DNA of 59,595 bases from positions 1-59,595 of IMG/VR virus record IMGVR_UViG_3300027791_003052, one strand, 5' to 3'. The notes under the pieces are model-generated. The model was not told where the DNA came from and searched no databases. It saw only the letters and a list, made by a program, of their open reading frames with translations. Both the position numbers and the translations under genes were made by a program. This DNA is from a virus. Its lineage: Duplodnaviria > Caudoviricetes. Numbering within the stretch: the stretch's first letter is position 1; every line of letters starts with the position of its first letter. Of the stretch, positions 1 through 8,279 are shown piece after piece.

Positions 1-99
1 ATCACCACTACAAGTTCTCATCAATAAGATGATTCCTACCAATCCAATAATTAATACTTCTTTAAAGTATTTTTGTAAAATTTTAAAGATAATGCTCAT
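1..99 (-). CDS. 5' part of a membrane-anchored/lipoprotein-like protein (runs off window edge)
   Basis: Manual translation from ATG at 99: MSIIFKILQKYFKEVLIIGLVGIILLMRTCSGD. Hydrophobic stretch then Cys; overlaps the stop of the upstream gene. Not in the ORF track. Confidence 0.6.
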   Translation of the reverse strand, partial: MSIIFKILQKYFKEVLIIGLVGIILLMRTCSGD

Positions 100-739
100 A
101 ATTCTTTTCCCTCAATTCGTCAAAGGCTGATAATCTATTTGCCTCTAGTTCTTCTATTTCCTTAGTACCGATATCAATCATTTCCTGTATCTCGGCTTTT
201 ACTTCATCTATTGATTTTGGCAATTTCCACTTCTCAACAGTTCCATCTTCGTTAACATACTCATATTCTTCTTTAACTTCAGTAAGAGAATGTTTTAGTT
301 CTTCTAATTTTTGTTTTCCATAAACAATCATCTTAGTCCAAACTTTATAATTCTGAAATGGAGCAAACATGCCATCTACTCTAAGTATAGTTTCTCTTTC
401 AGTAGTACAACCCATACAAAAACCTCCGTTTTGAATAAATTGTATATCGTTATTGGTTTTTTTAATTGTCTTACAAGTAGGATTCTTGCAGCTATTCTTT
501 TCTTGAAGATATTTTCGTATCTTTTGGAAAGCATCATGGTTCTTACCTGTTTTTACTGTATATCCTTCTTTCTTTTCGAATTTATGATTATCATCTTCCC
601 AAACATCACCCACATTATGAGAGATATCTGCTTTATCATAACCAACGGTTGTATTTTTAGCATATTCACCAGTTTGCACCATGTCCATCAACTTTCTACG
701 AGTTGGGTGCATATATTTTTTCTTAAATTCTTTTCCCAT
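83..739 (-). CDS. Hypothetical phage protein with putative Zn-binding Cys pairs and C-terminal coiled coil
   Basis: 218-aa ORF; CKNPTC and FCMGC; preceded by the ATATTTATA motif. Confidence 0.75.
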   Translation of the reverse strand: MGKEFKKKYMHPTRRKLMDMVQTGEYAKNTTVGYDKADISHNVGDVWEDDNHKFEKKEGYTVKTGKNHDAFQKIRKYLQEKNSCKNPTCKTIKKTNNDIQFIQNGGFCMGCTTERETILRVDGMFAPFQNYKVWTKMIVYGKQKLEELKHSLTEVKEEYEYVNEDGTVEKWKLPKSIDEVKAEIQEMIDIGTKEIEELEANRLSAFDELREKNYEHYL

Positions 740-766
740 TATTACACATTAGGTTATATTGTTGTA

Positions 767-775
767 TATAAATAT
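767..775 (-). promoter_or_regulatory. ATATTTATA motif (putative phage late promoter)
   Basis: Intergenic, about 27 nt upstream of ATG at 739; recurs upstream of most operon starts. Confidence 0.6.
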
Positions 776-799
776 ATAAAAATAGAGAAACCGTTATTT

Positions 800-3700
800 T
801 TAGAAGAAAATACCGAGTATTTGATTTACAGATGCAAACGTTCCTGTTAACTTAAATGTACTACCATTATATACGAATACAATTCCCTCATTTGGTACAA
901 TTTTCTTAGAACCACCGATTGATTGTAATCTACCAAGTTCTAATTTAAGCTTTTCAATCTTTTTTGGGTCACCTGATTTCTTAACATCTTTAATTGTCTT
1001 ATCAATTCGTTTTTTCATATCACGAACGGCTTTATCAGGGTTAACTGTAAGTGCAGATGAAGTAAATTCTAATACTTCAGCTCCCAATCCTAAGAATATC
1101 TCTTCGAACTTCATTAAGTTGGTTTTACCAATCTTCTTTTGGTCTTCTTTATCTGTTTTCTTAGCCCACTCTAATGTTTTTTCATCATTAAAGTTCTTTT
1201 TATCTAATCTAAAACCCTTTTCCATGAATGCCCATCTCTTAACTAATCCCATTTTGGTTTTGTTATCAAGTGATGTAGGTGAATTCTTATCTACCCATTG
1301 TTCCCACCATGCTTGGTGATAGTTTGCAACACCATCAGTATCTTTTAAACTAAATTCTTTCTGTAATTTAGATATCTGTGATGAATATTTAGATTTACTC
1401 TTGTTTAAGTTCTGTGATTTGGGTAATTTGATTACAGGTGGTCCTTGGATTGTATAATTATCTTGTACATCCTTATTAACTTGTTTAATCATACCAGCTA
1501 GTACTCTTGCTGCATCACCATTCTCACCAATTGCAATTCCATCCATATTAAATTCCATAGTTCCATGGAATACCAATAATGCTTGTCCATAAGGAATAAC
1601 ATTAACTGATGTTGGATAAATTACTTCAAGGTTCATGAAACATGCTCCTTGTTTGAATACTTTATCTCTTTGTTTTTCGGATAATGATTTTATAGAATCT
1701 GAAAGGTCTTTCATTGCAAAGTTATAAGCTTTTTCTAATTCACCTCTACCAGCAAATTTATCAGCAACTGCTTTAATATCTAAAGCATTCTCACCTTTGT
1801 TCTTTAAGTGTCCTTTATTACGAGCTGCTACTAATCTTCCATCTCTCCATGAAATAGCCAATGCTTGACCATCTGTTTTTTCTCGTGTGAATTCTAATGT
1901 ACCCTCTAAGGCACGATTTACTATATCTTTAAGTTGTCCAAAGGTTAAATTGATATCAGTATCAAATGGATGAGACATATGCCCATACGCACCACCTTCT
2001 TGAAGTAATTTAGTTTCATTTATGTTTTCATTGATTAGTTGTTGTGGTGTTTTGGTGTTTGGTAAAAACATTTCAACTAACTTATTATCAATATCACTTA
2101 TTAACTGTTCTATACTATCCATATTTTCGTTTTCTTTAGATTCACCCAACCCACCTTTATCATGTTTTGAAAATTTACCTAATTTATCAAATGCTCTGAA
2201 TGATTTTAACTTATCTTGTTTTACAGGTCTCATATCAGATAGTTGTTTGTATCTCATGTGGTTTTTAACAATGTAATATACATTTGCTGCATTACCATCA
2301 ACCGATTCTATAAACTTTTTATACTTCTTTACTAATGAAGCAGATACTTTCTCATGTCCAAAGTGTGTGATGTGTCCTTTCTTTGGGTGAATACCCGCAG
2401 TTTCATCTTTTCCTATATCATGGAACATTGCTGCTATTGCAATATCAATATCATCTTCTTTGATTGAACGATTCACAACCATAATAGTATGTTTAAGAAC
2501 ATTACCCTCTGGATGTTTATCTACTCTTTGACCAAAGTTCTTTAGATTGTAAACTCTCTTTTGTAAATCAGAAGGCATCTTTTTAAATAGTGATTTAAAA
2601 TCTGTGATTCCTAAATCTTTTAAACCTTCTTTTAAGTTTGTTATTTGGTTAGTTTTCTTCCAAGCTTTTTTACTAAATACAACATCATCTTTTACCATCA
2701 TTATCATTAATGCTCTACCGAACTTTAACTTATCTTTAATATGAGTAAATTCTTTATTATCTTTTCTAGCCCATTTGTACCATAATGCCGATAGAGTTAA
2801 AAACATCTTTCCACCATTATCTTTATTTTTTAGAAGTTCCCTTTTAAACATTCCTCTATTTTTGTATGCATATTTTTTAAAATCTAAATATACAAACTCA
2901 TTAGGAGTATCCATTGGAAATGGTTTACCTTCTTTAACTGGTTTTGCTTTTAAAAATGCTTGGTCTACAATATCTTCATTCTTTTTTTCGAATTTTTCAA
3001 CTTCCTTTGCTCGTAATGTTGGTAAGAATCTGAATTTAGCTCTTTTTATTATTCTACCTTTTTTTCTTACTACATTCTTATGAACTACTTGAGTTTGTGC
3101 AATAGATAAATCAGCTTTCTTAATACCAGGATATAATTCTTCGGAGAATTCAGCATAAACTTGTCTATATGCCATCTTGTAAGCAATCTTCTTAAGTTTA
3201 GAAAGAGGTTTTCTACGTTTCATTGTTCTTGCTCTTCTTCTAGCAATTTCCTTACCCTTCCCTGCCATTGCTGCTTTTCTTCTCAATCTATCAGCAGGTC
3301 TCATCTTACCTCGTTCATCCAAATCCTCGGATTCAATTGTGTATTTTGCATCTGATGATTTAAAATCATCTTTTCTCATTATGGTTTTAGCGATTAGTTT
3401 ATTCGCTTGTTTCATAAATGGAATATTAAGGTTTGTTCGATTATCCTTTACTACAATTTGATTATATTGATTAAGGAATTTTATAAAATCTTTTTTCTTT
3501 TTACCCAATCGTTTAAAGAAACCAATTAATTCTGCATTAGATACTTCCTTTCCGTTTCTCGGGTCATTTAACCTATCGAAGAAATGTTTGCCTGTAAGAA
3601 CTGTATCTACCGGATTCAATTGTTTATCTGCAAACTTATCAATCTTTTGTAAGTCAGACATTGGCATTTCATTTAAGAAATTTTCTCTTTCTTTATTTTT

Positions 3701-6157
3701 TATCCACAATCCAATTTCTGCACCTTTGATATCAGAGGGTACATCGTTTCCACCAACTGATAGTTTAAAACTTACAAACTTCTTCATATCCTTTCCAATC
3801 GATTTACCAAAATCTACTATTTGGTTATCAGAAAGTGAAGTTTTTTGTTGTAGTTTTTTATAAACACCAACTTCTTCTGGTTTAAAATATTGTAATGATA
3901 CTAAAAATACAATATCATTTTTTTCAGCATTTGTATATGATAACTTATTTAATAGTTTTCCTAATAATGATGGAGAATTCTTTTTTAGAAGTACTGATAG
4001 GAATACAATGTAATCAGTAGTTTTAATATATGGTTTATTTATTTTAAGATTTGGTAAAATTTGAGAAGTGAATCCAATTTTATCACACAACTCCATATAC
4101 TTCTTTGTATCCTTTGATGTTTTAAGTGATTTTACAAATTCATCTCTAATTCTTTCAGCTGGAAGTGATTTAAGTGATGGGTCTTTTTGTAACGCATCTA
4201 ATAACTCCTTATCTAAACTACCACCCATTCTTGATTGAAATCTTAAAGCTCTTAATTTTCTTAATGGGTCTTCATCAAATCTCTCAACAGCATTTCCAAC
4301 TGTTCTAATGTTTTTCTTTTTAAGGTCTGCAATTCCACCAACTAAATCAACTATTTCTTTTCTTTCAATATCATAGAATAAAGCATTTATAGTTAAATCT
4401 CTTCGTTTTACATCTCCTTCAATATCTGTATATTCTACTGAATCAGGTCTTCTACCCTTTCCAATATCTTTTCTGAATGTTGCAACTTCATGTCCACCAA
4501 CGATTACAATTCCCAATCCCATTCCAGTACCTACATCTTGAGATGTTTTGAAACCACCATCTTTACCAATCTTCATTGTTTCTTCTGGTTTAGCATCAGT
4601 TGCCAAATCAAAATCTTTTGGGGATTTACCTAAAATAGCATCCCTAACTGCTCCACCTACTATATAAAGTTTTTTACCGTTTTTTTTAAATTGCTTTTGT
4701 AGTTTAACAATATCCGATGGTACTTTTAGTTTAAAATTTTTAGATTCATTTAAACCCATCTTTTCTTGCCACGATTCAAATGCATCGAAATCATATTCTT
4801 GTTTCTGAGAATCCCATCCACATGAATGACATAAATACTTCTCACTATCATCAGATTCGATTTCCCATTGATGATTACATTTTTCACACTTTACTTCTGT
4901 TCCTGCAAGTTCTACAATATAATGGTCAAATACATTTGGTTTTTTTGGTCCGTATCTGAAAGTTACTACCTTCTTACCATTAATTGTTGGTAATCCATGT
5001 TCATCTTCACCAATAGATTTAACAACTACCTTTTTGTTTTTGAATTTACCCATTAAAAGAGTATCTCCAATTTCTACTGGTAATTTAATTACTTCTTTTA
5101 ATGAATTTTCAAATTCATCTTGTGATTTCTTATCACCACTTTGAGAATCTAATGATTGTTCTTTTTCATCTTTATTAGTTTCCAATCCATTTACTATTGA
5201 ATATCCTACTAACGATGCTTTTCTTGTTACGTGTTTGAACCATTTAGAATAGGCATCACTTGAATAGATATCAACTTGATTAGTTGCAGTTTGTGCACCA
5301 AGTACACCTGCTGGGAATGGAGTTACTGCTTTAACAGGTCCGTTTGGGTAAGTTGGGTGTTCATAATAATCTTCTAATTCCTTAGTAGTTATCATGTTTA
5401 CAATATCATAACCAATCTTAGCTGCTCGTTTTGCATTTATACTTTTGAATACTTCATAGTTTGGAAAAAATACATTTGGTCCATCATCCGATTGTCCTGT
5501 TCCTGATTTTGAACTTTCATTTATTAACCATTCTTCAATTTGTTCTTTTGAAATGAAAATACCTTCGTTTAATTTTGAAGTAATTAAATTAAAGATGGTT
5601 TTATTGAATTTGTTATATGCTCTATCTGTAAAGAAATCTTTCTTTTGTTCATCTGAACCGTTTGATAATCCATTACGAACTTCAGTACCGCTTACAGAAT
5701 TACCTGCCATTGGTGCTACATAAACGTATCCTCTATCTCGATATCCTTCAGTTGGTTCACCCTTATATGGTTGGAAATATTTTCCACCTAAACGTGCTTT
5801 ATCCTTCTCACCAACTACTGTAATAAATGCAGTTGTATCCTCATCAAACTTTTTAAGTATTTCTGTTGGTTTGTAGTTATTCTTAACTTGATGTATTTTG
5901 GATTTTGGAATTCCAAACATCGTTGTCATGATTTTTACCTTCTCATTGAATTTGAAAGGTGATTTTAATTTATCAGTTTTATTAGAACTTCCTATAAACA
6001 CGTTATCCTTACCGAACTTCTTTACAAGATGCTGATACGTTCCATAATGTCCTTTGTGGAATGGTTGAAACCTACCCACATAGATAACTACGGTTTTTTT
6101 AATGGGATTATCACCCAACATTATACTCTCTACGAGAAATTTGGAAAGTTCATTCAT
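800..6157 (-). CDS. 1785-aa multidomain polyprotein: HxGH nucleotidyltransferase, KOW/SH3-like, Zn ribbon, class II CCA-adding enzyme, RNase-like, basic domain, HD hydrolase, ATP-dependent ligase-like domain
   Basis: GRFQPFHKGH (aa28-37); CEKC..CHSC; VGGAVRD/DFDLAT/RRDLTINA/EDPLRKLRALRF; HPEGNVLKH..HDIGK..HFGHE; EKTDG..NLEVI..NEGIVF..KLTG. Confidence 0.9.
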   Translation of the reverse strand: MNELSKFLVESIMLGDNPIKKTVVIYVGRFQPFHKGHYGTYQHLVKKFGKDNVFIGSSNKTDKLKSPFKFNEKVKIMTTMFGIPKSKIHQVKNNYKPTEILKKFDEDTTAFITVVGEKDKARLGGKYFQPYKGEPTEGYRDRGYVYVAPMAGNSVSGTEVRNGLSNGSDEQKKDFFTDRAYNKFNKTIFNLITSKLNEGIFISKEQIEEWLINESSKSGTGQSDDGPNVFFPNYEVFKSINAKRAAKIGYDIVNMITTKELEDYYEHPTYPNGPVKAVTPFPAGVLGAQTATNQVDIYSSDAYSKWFKHVTRKASLVGYSIVNGLETNKDEKEQSLDSQSGDKKSQDEFENSLKEVIKLPVEIGDTLLMGKFKNKKVVVKSIGEDEHGLPTINGKKVVTFRYGPKKPNVFDHYIVELAGTEVKCEKCNHQWEIESDDSEKYLCHSCGWDSQKQEYDFDAFESWQEKMGLNESKNFKLKVPSDIVKLQKQFKKNGKKLYIVGGAVRDAILGKSPKDFDLATDAKPEETMKIGKDGGFKTSQDVGTGMGLGIVIVGGHEVATFRKDIGKGRRPDSVEYTDIEGDVKRRDLTINALFYDIERKEIVDLVGGIADLKKKNIRTVGNAVERFDEDPLRKLRALRFQSRMGGSLDKELLDALQKDPSLKSLPAERIRDEFVKSLKTSKDTKKYMELCDKIGFTSQILPNLKINKPYIKTTDYIVFLSVLLKKNSPSLLGKLLNKLSYTNAEKNDIVFLVSLQYFKPEEVGVYKKLQQKTSLSDNQIVDFGKSIGKDMKKFVSFKLSVGGNDVPSDIKGAEIGLWIKNKERENFLNEMPMSDLQKIDKFADKQLNPVDTVLTGKHFFDRLNDPRNGKEVSNAELIGFFKRLGKKKKDFIKFLNQYNQIVVKDNRTNLNIPFMKQANKLIAKTIMRKDDFKSSDAKYTIESEDLDERGKMRPADRLRRKAAMAGKGKEIARRRARTMKRRKPLSKLKKIAYKMAYRQVYAEFSEELYPGIKKADLSIAQTQVVHKNVVRKKGRIIKRAKFRFLPTLRAKEVEKFEKKNEDIVDQAFLKAKPVKEGKPFPMDTPNEFVYLDFKKYAYKNRGMFKRELLKNKDNGGKMFLTLSALWYKWARKDNKEFTHIKDKLKFGRALMIMMVKDDVVFSKKAWKKTNQITNLKEGLKDLGITDFKSLFKKMPSDLQKRVYNLKNFGQRVDKHPEGNVLKHTIMVVNRSIKEDDIDIAIAAMFHDIGKDETAGIHPKKGHITHFGHEKVSASLVKKYKKFIESVDGNAANVYYIVKNHMRYKQLSDMRPVKQDKLKSFRAFDKLGKFSKHDKGGLGESKENENMDSIEQLISDIDNKLVEMFLPNTKTPQQLINENINETKLLQEGGAYGHMSHPFDTDINLTFGQLKDIVNRALEGTLEFTREKTDGQALAISWRDGRLVAARNKGHLKNKGENALDIKAVADKFAGRGELEKAYNFAMKDLSDSIKSLSEKQRDKVFKQGACFMNLEVIYPTSVNVIPYGQALLVFHGTMEFNMDGIAIGENGDAARVLAGMIKQVNKDVQDNYTIQGPPVIKLPKSQNLNKSKSKYSSQISKLQKEFSLKDTDGVANYHQAWWEQWVDKNSPTSLDNKTKMGLVKRWAFMEKGFRLDKKNFNDEKTLEWAKKTDKEDQKKIGKTNLMKFEEIFLGLGAEVLEFTSSALTVNPDKAVRDMKKRIDKTIKDVKKSGDPKKIEKLKLELGRLQSIGGSKKIVPNEGIVFVYNGSTFKLTGTFASVNQILGIFF
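803..1996 (-). other. Ligase/capping-superfamily nucleotidyltransferase domain (aa1388-1785 of the polyprotein)
   Basis: Motif I EKTDG, III NLEVI, IIIa LVFHG, IV NEGIVF and V KLTG in canonical order. Confidence 0.7.
2141..2626 (-). other. HD phosphohydrolase domain of the CCA-enzyme-associated type (aa1178-1339)
   Basis: QRVDKHPEGNVLKHT, AAMFHDIGK, HFGHEKVS, KNHM; parallels the HD domain of E. coli-type CCA enzymes. Confidence 0.85.
3668..4744 (-). other. Class II tRNA nucleotidyltransferase (CCA-adding-like) domain (aa472-830)
   Basis: Motif A GGAVRD..DFD, motif B RRDLTINA, motif D EDPLR (EDxxR template), ERIRDE. Confidence 0.9.
5564..6100 (-). other. HxGH (cytidylyltransferase/NMNAT-like) nucleotidyltransferase domain (aa20-198)
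   Basis: GRFQPFHKGH, SPFKFNEK, VVGEKD, SGTEVR. Confidence 0.85.
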
Positions 6158-6178
6158 ATATGGTACACCTTATCAGTA

Positions 6179-6187
6179 TATAAATAT
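6179..6187 (-). promoter_or_regulatory. ATATTTATA motif upstream of the polyprotein
   Basis: 21 nt upstream of ATG at 6157. Confidence 0.6.
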
Positions 6188-6201
6188 GGAGGAAATCAGA
6201 A

Positions 6202-6318
6202 TTAATGATTTTTGTAGATAAAGGGGTCTCTTTTACGAAGTTCCTCTAATTTCTTTTTATAAAGTTTATCTCTCTTACGATTTTTAAAGTAAGTGATAAT
6301 TTTTTTGATTAGGTTCAT
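6202..6318 (-). CDS. Small basic protein (38 aa)
   Basis: Manual translation MNLIKKIITYFKNRKRDKLYKKKLEELRKRDPFIYKNH; fills the gap after the upstream gene; below the ORF-track cut-off. Confidence 0.65.
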   Translation of the reverse strand: MNLIKKIITYFKNRKRDKLYKKKLEELRKRDPFIYKNH

Positions 6319-7741
6319 TTTTTATTAGAGTATTTAGATTTTTAATATAACAATTACCTACTTTTTTTGCATCGTAGGAAAGTAAATTATTTCTGTTATG
6401 TATTAATATGGGTTTCAGTTCCTCATTTAACACATCCCATTCTTCATTGGTTTTATTTATAAGAGTTTTAATAACACCCAATACCTTTTGCATCCTTAAC
6501 GAATTATCTTCGATATCATCATAACTTTCATCCCAATAATCTGCAAAAGTTTTAAATCCAAGGGATTGTAAGTATTTTAATACACCAGGTCTTCCAATTA
6601 AAACAAATGGATGTAAGTGTTGAAATGGTTTAAATGTTTTTTCTGATATATAATCCCCTGCTTCATAAAACAATGTTTCGGTTGTTATGGAAAAATAAGT
6701 TTCTTTATATAACTTAGCTGATTCAAATCCAAATCCCCATACATCCCATATGTTATCATAATCAAGAACATTTTTTTCTTTTTTAACAAGAGTACGAAAT
6801 CCTTTTATTATTTTATTTATAAAATCTTGGCCTGTCATATATGGCTTGTCATCAAATCCACTTCCATTAATTAAATCAAATCCAGCATCAGGTGTATATA
6901 ACATTTTTATATCAAAAGAAGTATTTGTTTCATCAAATAATCCTTCATCAATCAAATAACTTATTAATATTAATCTATGTGGGGCAAGTCTTCTGTTTAG
7001 ACATAATGATTTTTTACTACGATTTGTAAGTAAATCCAAATCAGATTCTTTCATTAAACTATTTACATTTTTATTACCATTAAAATTAACAATATTATCT
7101 TGAAATAATATAGCTTCTGTATCTTTGGATTTCGCCAATAAAGACCATGGGTAAAATGTAGTGTATAATAAATTTTTAGGAGATTTTGGTTGATTATCTA
7201 AATATTCTTTATAGATATCATATGTATTCATCGCTGCAGTTATAACGATTACCTTAGATGCATTTATACCAGTTCGTTCACAGGCCTTATGAATTGATTC
7301 AAATAAATTTCCATCAATACACCCCTCTGAACTATAATCAAATATGAAATAAAAGTTTTTTGCTTTAGAATATTCTATTGCTTTTTTAGAAATGAAATCA
7401 AAACAATGCTGTCCTTCGTGATATGATATATCAATTCCATTTGCAATACCACTATTACCAAATGGGTGAATTGTGTAGTAAAAGTTTTCGTTTGTGTTAT
7501 TTTCTATTATATTTTGAGTTGAATTGTAAACAAGCTCACCTATATGGATATCCCTACACTCTCCTATATTTAAATTACAATCATACACAGATACTTGAGT
7601 ATATACATTATTAAATTTATTTATGAAATCATGTGTTATAAAAAAATTATAATCCCACATCATATCTGTGTTATTCCAATTTATACCATTCGGAATAAAT
7701 CCTTTTGGTCCTATGATATCAAATATTCTTCTAATTGGCAT
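6284..7741 (-). CDS. Putative glycosyltransferase, GT-B/GT10-like family (copy 1)
   Basis: CLNRRLAPHR, YFSITTET, ISEKTFKP, LGFKTFADYWDESYD. Start moved to M29 (7741) to avoid a 95-nt overlap with the upstream gene. Confidence 0.6.
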   Translation of the reverse strand: MPIRRIFDIIGPKGFIPNGINWNNTDMMWDYNFFITHDFINKFNNVYTQVSVYDCNLNIGECRDIHIGELVYNSTQNIIENNTNENFYYTIHPFGNSGIANGIDISYHEGQHCFDFISKKAIEYSKAKNFYFIFDYSSEGCIDGNLFESIHKACERTGINASKVIVITAAMNTYDIYKEYLDNQPKSPKNLLYTTFYPWSLLAKSKDTEAILFQDNIVNFNGNKNVNSLMKESDLDLLTNRSKKSLCLNRRLAPHRLILISYLIDEGLFDETNTSFDIKMLYTPDAGFDLINGSGFDDKPYMTGQDFINKIIKGFRTLVKKEKNVLDYDNIWDVWGFGFESAKLYKETYFSITTETLFYEAGDYISEKTFKPFQHLHPFVLIGRPGVLKYLQSLGFKTFADYWDESYDDIEDNSLRMQKVLGVIKTLINKTNEEWDVLNEELKPILIHNRNNLLSYDAKKVGNCYIKNLNTLIKNEPNQKNYHLL

Positions 7742-8279
7742 AATACAGTTCAGGATATTCAACCAATACAGTTGGACCTCCTCTTTGTAAGGCTTCTGTA
7801 TATGCTGGTAATATTTTTTCGGCACTATCCAACTTTATTACTGGTGTGTGTTTTAACATGGATGAAAACTCATCCGTATAATCTGCTTTATGTTGATGAC
7901 CAGGATCTAATGGAGTATCAGAACCTTTACCAACTCTAATTAATAAAGTTGGATTCCACTCACCATCAGACATTACATTAATCTTATCAATATGATTAAT
8001 CAATTGATTAGCAGCACAAATAACAAAATCCCACCTAGGGTAAAAAGATACAACTGATTTACCAGCCATACCCATTCCCAATGTCATTCCCATTTGAACT
8101 TCTTCCATTACAGGAGTTTCTATCATTCTTTCTTTTGGCAAACCCTCAATTGTTTTACTCATTGGATTTCCATAATAAACAATTTGTTGTCCTATGAATA
8201 TCATATTAGGGTCATCCATACAAAGTTTCATAGATTCCGTTAAGGCATCTAAATATGGTGTGAATTCTGGTTGTGCCAT
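7731..8279 (-). CDS. TPP-dependent enzyme E1-beta/transketolase pyrimidine-binding subunit (short, no C-terminal domain)
   Basis: IFIGQQI, IETPVMEEVQMGMTLG, ANQLINH, GHQH; 182 aa. Confidence 0.85.
   Translation of the reverse strand: MAQPEFTPYLDALTESMKLCMDDPNMIFIGQQIVYYGNPMSKTIEGLPKERMIETPVMEEVQMGMTLGMGMAGKSVVSFYPRWDFVICAANQLINHIDKINVMSDGEWNPTLLIRVGKGSDTPLDPGHQHKADYTDEFSSMLKHTPVIKLDSAEKILPAYTEALQRGGPTVLVEYPELYYAN

Noticed and set aside
3668-4744. Poly(A) polymerase call for the nucleotidyltransferase domain
   Set aside because: The PAP-specific G(R/K)RF signature is absent (the region reads DVGTGMGLGIV), and the CCA-type HD domain lies in the same protein.
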